A DNA stretch of 64,000 nt from Eledone cirrhosa (GCA_964016885.1 OZ024740.1:151156001-151220000), one strand, 5' to 3'. Shown: positions 15,001-27,450, counted from the first letter of the stretch. Notes: generated by a model not told the origin, from the letters alone. Program-made: numbers and translations.

Positions 15001-18000
15001 TTATGTGATGGTTGTAATTGGTGTGTTGGTTGTGACTTATGTGATGGTTGTAATTGGTGTGTGGGTTGTGGCTTATGTGATGGTTGTAATTGGTGTGTTG
15101 GTTGTGACTTATGTGATGGTTGTAATTGGTGTGTTGGTTGTGGCTTATGTGATGGTTGTAATTGGTGTGTTGGTTGTGGCTTATGTGATGGTTGTAATTG
15201 GTGTGTTGGTTGTGGCTTATGTGATGGTTGTAATTGGTGTGTTGGTTGTGGCTTATGTGATGGTTGTAATTGGTGTGTTGGTTGTGGCTTATGTAATGGT
15301 TGTAATTGGTGTGTTGGTTGTGGCTTATGTGATGGTTGTAATTGGTGTGTTGGTTGTGGCTTATGTGATGGTTGTAATTGGTGTGTTGGTTGTGGCTTAT
15401 GTGATGGTTGTAATTGGTGTGTTTGTTGTGACTTATGTGATGGTTGTAATTGGTGTGTTGGTTGTGACTTATGTAATGGTTGTAATTGGTGTGTTGGTTG
15501 TGGCTTATGTAATGGTTGTAATTGGTGTGTTGGTTGTGGCTTATGTGATGGTTCTAATTGGTGTGTTGGTTGTCACTTATGTGATGGTTTTAATTGGTGT
15601 GTTGGTTGTGGCTTATGTGATGGTTGTAATTGGTGTGTTTGTTGTGGTTAATGTAATGGTTGTAATTGGTGTGTTGGTTGTGGTTAATGTAATGGTTGTA
15701 ATTGGTGTGTTGTTTGTGACTTATGTGATGGTTGTAATTGGTGTGTTGGTTGTGACTTATGTAATGGTTGTAATTGGTGTGTTGGTTGTGACTTATGTGA
15801 TGGTTGTAATTGGTGTGTTGGTTGTGGCTTATGTGATGGTTGTAATTGGTGTGTTGTTTGTGACTTATGTGATGGTTGTAATTGGTGTGTTGGTTGTGGC
15901 TTATGTGATGGTTGTAATTGGTGTGTTGGTTGTGGCTTATGTGATGGTTGTAATTGGTGTGTTGGTTGTGGCTTATGTAATGGTTGTAATTGGTGTGTTG
16001 GTTGTGGCTTATGTGATGGTTGTAATTGGTGTGTTGGTTGTGACTTATGTGATGGTTGTAATTGGTGTGTTGGTTGTGACTTATGTGATGGTTGTAATTG
16101 GTTTGTTGGTTGTGGCTTAAGTGATGGTTGTAATTGGTGTGTTGGTTGTGGTTAATGTAATGGTTGTAATTGGTGTGTTGGTTGTGGTTAATGTAATGGT
16201 TGTAATTGGTGTGTTGTTTGTGACTTATGTGATGGTTGTAATTGGTGTGTTGGTTGTGACTTATGTAATGGTTGTAATTGGTGTGTTGGTTGTGACTTAT
16301 GTAATGGTTGTAATTGGTGTGTTGGTTGTGACTTATGTAATGGTTGTAATTGGTGTGTTGGTTGTGACTTATGTAATGGTTGTAATTGGTGTGTTGGTTG
16401 TGACTTATGTAATGGGTGTAATTTGTGTGTTGGTTGTGGCTTAAGTAATGGTTGTAATTGGTGTGTTGGTTGTGGCTTATGTAATGGTTGTAATTGGTGT
16501 GTTGGTTGTGGTTAATGTAATGGTTGTAATTGGTGTGTTGGTTGTGACTTATGTAATGGTTGTAATTGGTGTGTTGGTTGTGACTTATGTAATGGTTGTA
16601 ATTGGTGTGTTGGTTGTGACTTATGTAATGGGTGTAATTGGTGTGTTGGTTGTGGCTTATGTAATGGTTGTAATTGGTGTGTTGGTTGTGGCTTATGTGA
16701 TGGTTGTAATTGGTGTGTTGGTTGTGGCTTATGTGATGGTTGTAATTGGTGTGTTGGTTGTGGCTTATGTGATGGTTGTAATTGGTGTGTTGGTTATGGC
16801 TTATGTAATGGTTGTAATTGGTGTGTTGGTTGTGGCTTATGTGATGGTTGTAATTGGTGTGTTGGTTGTGGCTTATGTGATGGTTGTAATTGGTGTGTTG
16901 GTTGTGGCTTATGTAATGGTTGTAACTGGTGTGTTGGTTGTGGCTTATGTGATGGTTGTAATTGGTGTGTTGGTTGTGACTTATGTGATGGTTGTAATTG
17001 GTGTGTTGGTTGTGGCTTATGTGATGGTTGTAATCAGTGTGTTGGTTGTGACTTATGTAATGGGTGTAATTGGTGTGTTGGTTGTGGCTTATGTGATGGT
17101 TGTAATTGGTGTGTTGGTTGTGGCTTATGTGATGGTTGTAATTGGTGTGTTGGTTGTGACTTATGTAATGGTTGTAATTGGTGTGTTGGTTGTGGCTTAT
17201 GTGATGGTTGTAATTGGTGTGTTGGTTGTGGCTTATGTGATGGTTGTAATTGGTGTGTTGGTTGTGGCTTATGTAATGGTTGTAATTGGTGTGTTGGTTG
17301 TGGTTAATGTAATGGTTGTAATTGGTGTGTTGGTTGTGGTTAATGTAATGGTTGTAATTGGTGTGTTGTTTGTGACTTATGTGATGGTTGTAATTGGTGT
17401 GTTGGTTGTGGCTTATGTGATGGTTGTAATTGGTGTGTTGGTTGTGACTTATGTAATGGTTGTAATTGGTGTGTTGGTTGTGACTTATGTGATGGTTGTA
17501 ATTGGTGTGTTGGTTGTGGCTTATGTGATGGTTGTAATTGGTGTGTTGTTTGTGACTTATGTGATGGTTGTAATTGGTGTGTTGGTTGTGGCTTATGTAA
17601 TGGTTGTAATTGGTGTGTTGGTTGTGGCTTATGTAATGGTTGTAATTGGTGTGTTGGTTGTGGTTAATGTAATGGGTGTAATTGGTGTGTTGGTTGTGGT
17701 TAATGTAATGGGTGTAATTGGTGTGTTGGTTGTGGTTTATGTGATGGTTGTAATTGGTGTGTTGGTTGTGGCTTATGTGATGGTTGTAATTGGTGTGTTG
17801 GTTGTGGCTTATGTAATGGTTGTAATTGGTGTGTTGGTTGTGACTTATGTGATGGTTGTAATTGGTGTGTTGGTTGTGACTTATCTGATGGTTGTAATTG
17901 GTGTGTTGGTTGTGGCTTATGTGATGGTTGTAATTCGTGTGTTGGTTGTGGTTTATGTAATGGTTGTAATCAGTGTGTTGGTTGTGGCTTATGTGATGGT

Positions 18001-18350
18001 TGTAATTGGTGTGTTGGTTGTGGCTTATGTGATGGTTGTAATTGGTGTGTTGGTTGTGGTTTATGTAATGGTTGTAATCAGTGTGTTGGTTGTGGCTTAT
18101 GTGATGGTTGTAATCAGTGTGTTGGTTGTGGCTTATGTGATGGTTGTAATCAGTGTGTTGGTTGTGGTTAATGTAATGGTTGTAATTGGTGTGTTGGTTG
18201 TGACTTATGTAATGGTTGTAATTGGTGTGTTGGTTGTGACTTATGTAATGGGTGTAATTGGTGTGTTGGTTGTGACTTATGTGATGGGTGTAATTGGTGT
18301 GTTGGTTGTGACTTATGTAATGGGTGTAATTGGTGTGTTGGTTGTGATTA
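1..18350. repeat. 36-bp GT-rich minisatellite, ~510 copies, consensus TTGTGRCTTATGTRATGGTTGTAATTGGTGTGTTGG
   Basis: Periodicity is directly visible, with a 12-aa period in the ORF track. There is a 1-bp deletion near 4715 and an 18-bp half-unit irregularity near 8461-8496. The array continues past the left window edge. Confidence 0.99.
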
Positions 18351-18570
18351 ACCTGTTGATCTGTTGGTTATAGTTAATTTATGTTTTGTGGCACAAGAGA
18401 TGGTTATCATTTTTTTGTTGGTTGTGGCTTATGTCATGGTTGTTATTGATGTAATTGTTGTGTTGGTTGTGGTTGATGTGTTTATTAGTTGGTTGTAGCT
18501 GATGTATTGGTTGTAGTTGACATGCTGATATTGTTTATTGTAATTGACATGTTTCTGTTGTGGTTGTAAG
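18351..18570. repeat. Degenerate edge of the minisatellite
   Basis: Diverged units such as gttggttgtggcttatgtcatggttgttattg grade into TGT/TGG low-complexity sequence. Confidence 0.8.
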
Positions 18571-18802
18571 ATCTAGCTTGATTTGCTTTTATATGCTGCC
18601 GTGGTGAGGGAGTATTTGTTGTGTCATATTTTCTGTACCGTTTTTACGATTTATGATATTAACATCTTTTCTTTTTTAGATACTGCATACGTCAGTTATG
18701 GTGTATGTAGTGAGTAGTGTGATTGATGCCTTCACTATGTTGTTTGGTAACGAGTGTGTAGTAGTATGAGTTGCTATATTTTGTATCGCATATAATATAT
18801 AA

Positions 18803-18922
18803 GAATGTTTTGCGGTGTTTGTTCTGGCTCCCTGCGTTCTGCATTCAAATAACGCCCAGGTCAACTTTGTATTTCATCATTTTGAATTGGAGATATAAAT
18901 TCCCACTTCAGTACTGGATCGG
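18803..18922 (+). mobile_element. Old diverged tRNA-SINE fragment (same family as 58195-58384)
   Basis: gcgttctgcattcaaataacgcccaggtcaactttgtatttcatc aligns by eye with ggtctgagttcaaatcccgccaaggttgactttgcctttcatcc. Confidence 0.65.
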
Positions 18923-19529
18923 TCCTTCCTCTATTTCTCTTCATTACTTTCTTTCTCTCTCCCTTTCTTTTCTCTCTTTTTATTTACTTTACTGGAAGAA
19001 ATTGGCTGTGTTCCAGCCTGGAAAAAGCTGGGCTCCACCTAACTTAAAATGCTCGGGATAGCGCCCCTAGAACTCCATGAAATGTTAAGGGCCCTATACT
19101 TTTTGTATATACATGTCACCCTCACCCACAAAACCCCTCCTACCTCTCTTCGTCATTATCCTATTTTCCCTCCCTTTAACTATGTCCGTCAGCTTTCTCA
19201 ATTGAATATAAAACACACTGTCTATATTTTATGAGCTGTGTTTGATCCGTTTGAAGTAAATGATGTAATGAGAACAATTGTTTACTGAACTGATCTATTA
19301 AAAAAATATATCTATAAACACATCGACACGCTCCGTTTAATCAACCTAACTGCAGACAGACGTTCAATAACACAGGAAGTGTAACGTATGCATATCACAT
19401 ATATAAACAGGCATTTTCCTATGGTTAAAGTGTTCGGAATTCAATCACGAAGGATCAATCCTAATGCATAACATTTAAGCCTGTTGTAGAACTAAGCCTT
19501 GTGAATGGAAATCGAGTCAAATATGTGGA

Positions 19530-19790
19530 AGTTAGCTGCGTTAGATTTAATTGATTACTAGGTTAGATTTAATTACGGAGGTTAGCTGTGTTAAATTTAA
19601 TTGGTTTCTGGGTAAGATTTAATTGATTACTCAGTTAGATTTAATTACGGAGGTGATCTGTATTAAATTTAATTGGTTTCTGGGTTGGATTTAATTGCAA
19701 CAGTTAGCTGCGTTAGATTTAATTGGTTACTCGGTTAGAAATAATTAAAAAAATTAGCTGCAATATATTTTATTGGTTACTTGGTTTAAT
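19530..19790. repeat. Degenerate ~22-28 bp minisatellite with core GTTAGATTTAATT
   Basis: About ten recurrences of gtta(g/a)atttaatt followed alternately by gattact, ggtttct or acggagg. Confidence 0.75.
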
Positions 19791-20129
19791 ACTTTCAACT
19801 AACCTATGGGTGCTTTCTGCAAATATTGGGGCAAAGTCGGAAGTCGGAAGATAGCTTCCTCCCTTCTTTACACGTCTTTCAAAATCCGTGAAAATGGTCA
19901 CCAGCACTACCCTTCCCTCTATATTTTACTTGGTAATACTAGAAAAACGGGTCAGTGCTTGTGGTTTCATAGGTCTTGCGAGACCGGAAAGATCGATGCC
20001 GTTCATGTTCTGTTTAAATGGCTTCATGTCTAGTCATTTTGAAGGAATTCCTGAGGATTGATTTTCACGGAAGGAATTCTTGAGGGTTTATTTTCTGGGC
20101 AGAAAGGGGCTTGACTAACTGGCTGGAAC

Positions 20130-20300
20130 TGAGAAAGAGAGAGAAGCAAAGAGAGAGAGGCAAAGAGAGAGAGGAGGAGAGAGGAAAGGAGAAGGAGAGA
20201 GAGAAATATAGAGGGGGAAGGAGAGGGGAAGAGAAAGAAAGAGAGAGGGGAATGAGAGGGGGAAAGAGAGAAAGAGAGAAAGTGATAGAAGGGAAAGACG
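20130..20300. repeat. GA-rich polypurine low-complexity tract
   Basis: Composition is directly visible. Confidence 0.9.
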
Positions 20301-20969
20301 TGAGCTGAGTGCAACATAACACATGGAATCTTTAAGAAATAGATATTCTAATGCATATGTATGCATTTACTTATACATATGTGCATACACACACAAACAA
20401 ACACACACACACGCATACACACACACATGCACACACACACATATATATACACATATATATTAATGAAAATACATACACATAGACGCTGGTGTCGAATGAA
20501 AGGAGGTGTTTTTAATTCGAGATGACAGAATATAGATAATTTATTATGTGTATATTTAAGAAATTTGATGACACTTCATAACAAGCAAAGCCTCACATAG
20601 GCACATATCCTCAAACGGAGATTTTCATCTACTATTTCACACATTCTTTCACTCATGAACATACACACACACAGAGTTATACATACGGAGGGTGTTTCCG
20701 CATCTCTATTTCACGTCTTTCACTCCCTTTATTTCTTATATTCTCATTCTCTCTGTATATCTACATCTATATCTATATCTATATCTATATAATCGTGTGA
20801 TGTTGACAGGCGCGTGCATGTGTACTCAATACTGCAGTAGAAGAGCTGAATAATATTTCCCAGTATGAGGAAGTGATGATTGTATCAGTACACATGTGAA
20901 AGTCCAGAGTAACAGGATATATCTCTTAGCAATAATAAAAAATATGTATATATATATATATATATATAT

Positions 20970-21177
20970 TAGAAAGTGAGGTATTTTTTACAAAATGAAA
21001 AATAACCGAGGTATCCTACACGAGTGAAAGTATAAAGAAAAAAAGTTGAAATCGAAAATGCAACTGGAGTCTTATTTAAAAAAAAATATATATATTTATT
21101 TGGTTCCTTTACCGGTTTCGCAGTTCTTCTGCTTTTCAAAGGTAGAGTTGAGATGGAGGGTCTGTGGTTTTTCTCAC
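20970..21177 (-). mobile_element. Family A ~210-bp HHR-bearing non-autonomous element, copy 1, within (TA)n
   Basis: Near-identical to 38981-39285, 42901-43240 and 59774-59985. Confidence 0.85.
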
Positions 21178-21233
<56 letters not shown>

Positions 21234-21279
21234 ACATGTATATAAATATATATTTAATTATATATATATATATATTTAA

Positions 21280-21449
21280 TTACGTAATAAACAACACAAT
21301 ATAATTACCAAAGGTTTCAAGAGACTAGACGATCCTTACAGAAACGTCCAGCCCATTCATCAGATGAAATAGTTTATTATGAAATTAAATAGCTCTGTAC
21401 TATACATAGAGCACTCTTCTTTCCTTTAGCTTTTCTACGGAAATACTTA

Positions 21450-21450
<1 letters not shown>
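21280..21450. mobile_element. Diverged family B pLTR-like fragments with HHR remnant on the minus strand
   Basis: Similar to 43267-43345 and 44070-44110. The minus strand reads ctgatga...gaaacctttggta. Confidence 0.55.
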
Positions 21451-21490
<40 letters not shown>

Positions 21491-22199
21491 AAGCACAGAA
21501 ACACACACACGCATACACACACATGCCCACATACACACGCGCAGATATTTATAGATTGTCAATCTCTACTTTCTTTTCACGCGCACACGTACACACACAT
21601 GTAAATATTCCATCCCTCTTCACTCGTTTCTTTCTCACTTTCGTTGCCTCACAATGTGTCGGTGTACGTTTTATGCACGAACATGTGTATTTTGTCGTAT
21701 ATGCGGATATTTATGTTTTTATTCGTTCATTGCATGTGCATACGCGCGCGTGACTAAGTGCATATATATACTAATATATTGTAAATAACAATAGAAGGAT
21801 TAACACAATTGATATAACAAACGTTATAACAAAGATTATATCTGCATCGAGGTGAGGTAAACATTGTTGAATAAGGTTTAAAATAACCAATACCAAAAGG
21901 TGACGACGCAATATATATGGTATAAAATGTATATGGTAACCGTGTTTTTTTTTTACATATATATATTAAAAAGAAAATGTTCGCTCTACATGGCTGAATA
22001 GAATGAGTAGAATGAAAACTTCAGTCTTGCTCTTGTGTTGAAGAGCAAGAATGAAGGGTTCATTATACTGACATGGCTATAAAATTGAGGCTTGTTTGCG
22101 TAATTGCAAACGAATCGAATGTTATTGTTAATATTCGAAAAACTCAGATTACATTTATTATATATATATAAAAAACCTCGCAAAACTAATTCATCGCCG

Positions 22200-22231
<32 letters not shown>

Positions 22232-22639
22232 CGGCGATGAATTAGTTTTGCGAGGTTTTTTATATTAAATCGTGTGTCGAAACAAATATTGTTATACTTG
22301 GGGAGGGTCATATTTGTGTAATATTGCCAGAATTAATAACAAAACACACTCACTGTTTGGTTGGTTTTCGCTTTTCGCTTCTGTATCTTTTATATCGGTA
22401 ATCTAATTTATTCGGTCCTCAATGTTGTAATTGACTGACTAACGGTCAAAAATAATACAGATACGATATGTGTTTGTGTCTATATTGTATCTGTATTATT
22501 TTTGACCGTTGGTCAGTCAATGGCAACATTGAGGACCGAATAAATTAGATTACCGATATAAAAGACACAGAAGCGAAAAGCGAAAACCAACCAAACAGTG
22601 AGTGTGTTCTGTTATTAATTCTGGCAATATTACACAAAT

Positions 22640-25600
22640 ATGACCCTCCCCAAGTATAACAATATTTGTTTCGACACACGATTTCATATCAAAAACCTTG
22701 CAAAACTAATTCATCGCCGTTATGGCATTAGCTTGTGCCAAGCTGAAAGGTTATTGAAAGACACTGTTTTCTGTTATATAAAAACTACAATAACAACAGA
22801 ACAAATCCGCTTCTTAAAACACTGTGTTTCCTCCAAAATATACACAACAAACATATCAAAACAAGTAAATAATTTATTATTGAACAAAACACAAGTTGAA
22901 CGACTAAAACACACAATAACAGTTAATATGAAAAGAACAACATACACAAAAGTCAACGAACTCTACAGACTGAAACGCATTAACGGTAAGGAAGTCCAAA
23001 ATCTCACCACACCAAACGAAAGGGATGACTTCATGAGCGTCATCCGACGTGAAACGAAATACGCCCGAAAAGAATGCCATAGGCATTTCAATAAGAAATT
23101 AGAATGGATGAATAAGAAAAAGACTAGAAGAAAGGAAAATAGAATATTCTCAAAAATATCCAGATAACATCAACAATATTCGTATGACTACCGGAAGAAT
23201 TTACCAATGACCACACAGTAAATATTTATGGGGACACTTTAATCAGTGAACAAGAACAAAAAATCCTGCAGCTACCACCAAAATTTGCCTCTTCAAAAAG
23301 ATTAATCCTATTGAGTGCAAAACGGAGCTGGAAATGTGTTTCACAAAAATACGTTGGAATGCAAAAGTAAACAACAACAACAACTATACGGACAACAGCA
23401 ACAATAATAACGGTAGTAGTAATATAAACAATAACTCTGAGTATAGAAATAACAGCTATAGTAGTAATAGTCATAACAATAGCAGGAGAGTGAGAAATAG
23501 TAATAATGGTAATAATACTAACGATAGACAGAACAACAACAACAACCACAATAATAATAATAATAGAAACATTAACTACAGACACAGGAGCAGCGACCAC
23601 AGTAGTAATAACGGTAACAATACGAATAACAACAACGACAACAGCCACAGTGGTAATAATAGAAATAATACATGTAGCAACATTAATGATAGACACAACA
23701 AAAACAAGAAACATAATAAAAGTAACGACCACAATGGTAGAAATAACAGTAACAACAACAATAACGATGAAGAAAACAACAATCACAGCAACAATACATC
23801 TAGCAATCATAACAACAATACATCTAACAATCACAGCAACAATACATCTAGCAATCATAACAATAATAATAATAATACTAATGATAGGAACAACAACAAC
23901 CACCATAATAACAATAATAGCAACACACACAACTATGACGATAGATATAATGACAACCCCTTAGAGAAACTATTCTTCAACCCAGCTGACAAAACATATA
24001 AGATGGGTAATATCTATCCTACGAGGTTACCTTTAAATAAAAGAGTTTGCATACCACAACAAATAGATGACGAGACAGGCACAGTTCACCATAGCTAGAA
24101 ATAAGATTAGACAAATAGTAGACCGGTATACTAAGAGACAGAGCAGACCAGAGGCCCAACAACTTGGGAGGAAACCTGTAGAAGGCTTGGTTAGCCTCAA
24201 GCAGCGTACAAGGGATGGTGAGGTAGTATGTCTACCCACGGATAAGTCTGGTAGGATGTCAATAGATAGCATGCCGAACTACATCAACGCTATGCAACCC
24301 ACATCACCAACACGAGCGAAATTGCACAGCAAATACATGATGGGAGAGAGAAAATCCTCAACGCTCACATGATGATGTGGACCGACATCCTAAAGCCAAG
24401 CAGACGCACTGCCAACAACTTCCAGGCGTCTAACAATGGCATACCACCCTTGTATGGGCTCCGCAAAGACCACAAGACAGTCGACGATCCGACGACAGGA
24501 CCACCAACAAGAACCGTATGCGGAGCAAATATAGCTAGCAACTACAGGATCTTCTACTTCCTCTCAATGGTTATACGCCCCATAATCAAGATGTCCCCAG
24601 ATGTATGTGACAGTACAGAGGACCTCCTCAGCAGAATCAGTGAGTGCAACCAAAACAGGAACCTATCCAACTGAATAATAGGCAGTATGGATGTGGTATC
24701 ACTGTACCCATCCATTAACATTGATTTTGCTGTGGAAAAATGTGTGGAGATGATCATTGAGAGTGAGGTGGAGTTCTGCGACGTCGACACAGACGAACTG
24801 AGCCTCCTACTTAGACTTACCTACGACACTGACTACCTAGACAGCCATGACCTTAGACGTTTCTGCCCCAGTAGACCCATAAGAGGTAGACCCCCCCCCC
24901 CCACCATAAACTCAATGGCTAAAAAGACACCCATGGGAAGGTGGATTGGGTGGACCAAAGCTATACGCCCCCCCCCCCCAAAAAAAAAACAATGATCAGG
25001 TAAGTAAAATGGTCGCACATGCAATAGGGGCTAGTATCAAAACTACTCTAAAGGGCCACATATTCAAGTTCAACGAGAAGATCTACACCCAAAATGAGGG
25101 AGAAGCCATTGGCGTCAGCATAGCTGGTGACGTTGCCAACCTTTATATGGTATGGTGGGAAAGGAGACTTAAAGATCTCCTTAATGAGAGCTCCATAGAC
25201 CTCATCATGTACTCTCGTTACGTAGACGATATCAATATAGTTATAAGAACATCCTCACAAGAGAGCACTAACAAGTTTGATTTAGAACGTAGCACAATGG
25301 AAAGCATCCAGCAGATAGCTAATTCCATACACGAGAGTATAACTGTAACTATCGACTACCCTTCCAAACACCCTAACAATAGACTACCTGTATTAGACAC
25401 GGAACTCTGGATTAACACTATAGACGAGAGAGACCAAATTCTCCACTCACACTATGCTAAACCCATGGCCTCCAAATACCTGATACTCAAAAACTCAGCA
25501 ACGTCCAGTAGTGCTAAGTTTAATATTCTGATCGCAGACTTGGTACGAGTGATGAAGAACGTGTCCCGCATGTGCGACCCAACAGAAATGGAAAGACACA

Positions 25601-26375
25601 TCCAACAGTTCATCAACCGCATGCAGTTCTTTGGCTACAACCAAAGAGACAGAGTCAGAGTATACGAAGGAGCAACGGAGAAGTATAAGACCCTCATAGA
25701 ACTGGACATGAAAGGAATTTGCCCATTATACAGGAGCAAATCATGGAATAGCTTAGATAGGGCTAGACATAAGATACGGAAAGCCACCTCATGGTACGTC
25801 AACCAGAGATACCAGAGTGTCATGTTTGTGGACGCTACCCCTGGAGGGAAATTAGCGAACCAGTGTAGAAAGGCCCTGAGAAAGATCCACTTAACGATTA
25901 AGGTGGTAGAAAAGCAAGTAACCACCATAAAATCCCTGATCAGCAAAACCTACCTTTTTAAGAAAACCCACTGTTAAATAGGAAAGGTATCATATGTAAG
26001 GTAAACCCCCGGATAAACTGTAAAACTAGAAACGTAGTCTATAGCATAAGATGTACAGAGGGTACTTGCAGAAACATGACAACAACATACATAGGCGAGA
26101 CAGCTCGTAGCATAGGTAAAAGGATAGACCAACACTGGGGGGAACTGAAAGGACGAAAAAACGGTTCAGTACTATACGAACATGCCAGACAACAACACGA
26201 CGGTAACATAGACAACATAGAAATTAGAATAATATCTAAACATAGAAATGACCCAGCATATAGGCAAATCAGAGAGGCCAGTGAAATAGAACTTAGAAGG
26301 CCAAGGCTAAACAGAAAGAATGAATGGAATAACAGCAACACCCAAACAAACAACACTGACCTAAGAGAAGTATAA
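22640..26375 (+). pseudogene. Disrupted PLE polyprotein: N-terminal domain, Asn-rich insert, reverse transcriptase, Cys-rich linker, GIY-YIG endonuclease
   Basis: Motifs across seven ORF pieces: PTDKSG, PPLYGLRKDHK, GSMDVVSLYPSI, QNEGEAIGVSIAGDVANLYM, YSRYVDD, LPVLDTELW, CKTRNVVYSIRC..C..YIGETARSIGKRIDQH, RQIREASEI. Several frameshifts, with stops at 24672 and 25975. Confidence 0.93.
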
Positions 26376-26642
26376 ATAAATAAATAGATAAATAAATAAA
26401 TAAATAAATAAATACACACACAAGCACAATAACAACAAACACATAAACACACACTAGTAAAGTTAGAATACATTAACCAATACACAGTCACCCAATCACG
26501 AACACACATCAAACAAAACACTATACATACACGCAAACGCATGCGCAAAAAAGACAAAATAAAATAAACAAATAAATAAATATATAAACTGACTAAATAA
26601 AGAAGGCGTAGAAAATACAATGCAACGGGAGAAAACAATAGC

Positions 26643-26684
26643 ACCACTGACGATGTTGTGGATGTGCAACGAAAGAACTTTGAT
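26643..26684 (+). ncRNA. Minimal type I hammerhead motif in the PLE 3' pLTR (one stem I mismatch)
   Basis: acca-CTGACGA-t-gttgt ggatgt gcaac-GAAA-gaac-TT-tgat. Confidence 0.7.
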
Positions 26685-27295
26685 AAACTATATATATGTG
26701 TTTGTGTCTATATTGTATCTGTGTGCCAAAAGTAGAAACAATTATTTTTGACCGTTGGTCAGTCAATGGCAACATCGAGGACCAAATAAATATGATTACC
26801 GATATAAAAGACACAGAAGCGAAAAGCGAAAACCAACCAAACAGTGAGTGTGTTCTGTTATTAATTCTGGCAATATTACACAAATATGACCCTTCCCAAG
26901 TATAACAATATATATATATATATATATGCGTACATGGTTGACGGCTGAGAGAAAGGAGTACTCGGTACCGAAGTATAGTTTTAATATTCATTTATATTAA
27001 AGCTAAAACGTGAGTCGTGTTTCGGCTGTTTATCACAGGGTCATAATAAAAGAACTGACGTTTCAATGGCAGACACAGTATAAATAAGAATGACTTGGGG
27101 TGAGAGAATGAGAATGTAATTGAGAAGGGTTAATTATGATTAGATTGACAGGCTAGTGGTAGCAGTGGGGGCGGGGGCGGAGAAGGAGAGGGTGATAAGT
27201 CTTTTAGAAGCATAATTGTGCATAATATATACATTATAAAACTCTCTTTTAAAAGAATTGTCCCTCTCATTTTTTCAATAATGGCATCTTTTAAA

Positions 27296-27450
27296 TAATT
27301 GTTTCTACTATTGGCACAAGGCCAGCAATTATCCCAGTGCATTAATGGTACTTTATTTTATCGACCCCATAAGGATGAAAGGCAAAGTTAACCTCGGCGG
27401 GATTTGAACTCAGACCATAAAGGGCCGTAACTTTTTGCTGCAAAGCATTT
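27296..27450 (-). mobile_element. tRNA-derived SINE with Nin-domain-like core, 5' truncated
   Basis: ggtactttattttatcgaccccataaggatgaaaggcaaagttaacctcggcgggatttgaactcag is shared with other copies in the window. Confidence 0.85.

Larger units (their letters stand above)
22168..26910 (+). mobile_element. Penelope-like retroelement, Neptune-type, near full length, with inverted 5' pLTR copy and 3' pLTR
   Basis: 22230-22465 is the reverse complement of 22485-22722. The pLTR is repeated directly at ~26695-26910. RT and GIY-YIG fragments lie between, and both ends abut (TA)n. Confidence 0.92.

Noticed and set aside
4705-15651. CDGCNWCVGC repeats resembling polyferredoxin or metallothionein
   Set aside because: This is an alternative frame of the same repeat, repeatedly stopped by the gttaat variant.
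1-18350. Minus-strand His/Asn-rich (HNQHTNYNHHIS), Pro/Gln-rich or mucin-like Thr protein
   Set aside because: All three frames contain stops: TAA in most units of the Thr frame, TGA/TAA from the atcagt/attagt variants in the Pro/Gln frame, and stops near 8025, 8400, 15554 and 15590 in the His/Asn frame.
1-18350. CRISPR array or canonical telomere
   Set aside because: There are no unique spacers or cas genes, no TTAGGG units, and the strand polarity is wrong for a left chromosome end.
3-18373. Giant Val-rich ORFs (1572, 3800 and 641 aa) as membrane or structural proteins
   Set aside because: They follow from a stop-free 36-bp unit. The frame is broken at ~4715 and has TAA at 16118 and 16442, and there is no unique domain or gene context.
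24672-24674. In-frame TGA before IIGSMDV (and TGA at ~30927) as selenocysteine, which is known in some Naiad elements
   Set aside because: Both copies carry other stops or frameshifts, the second TGA falls at a likely Trp position, and I identified no SECIS.
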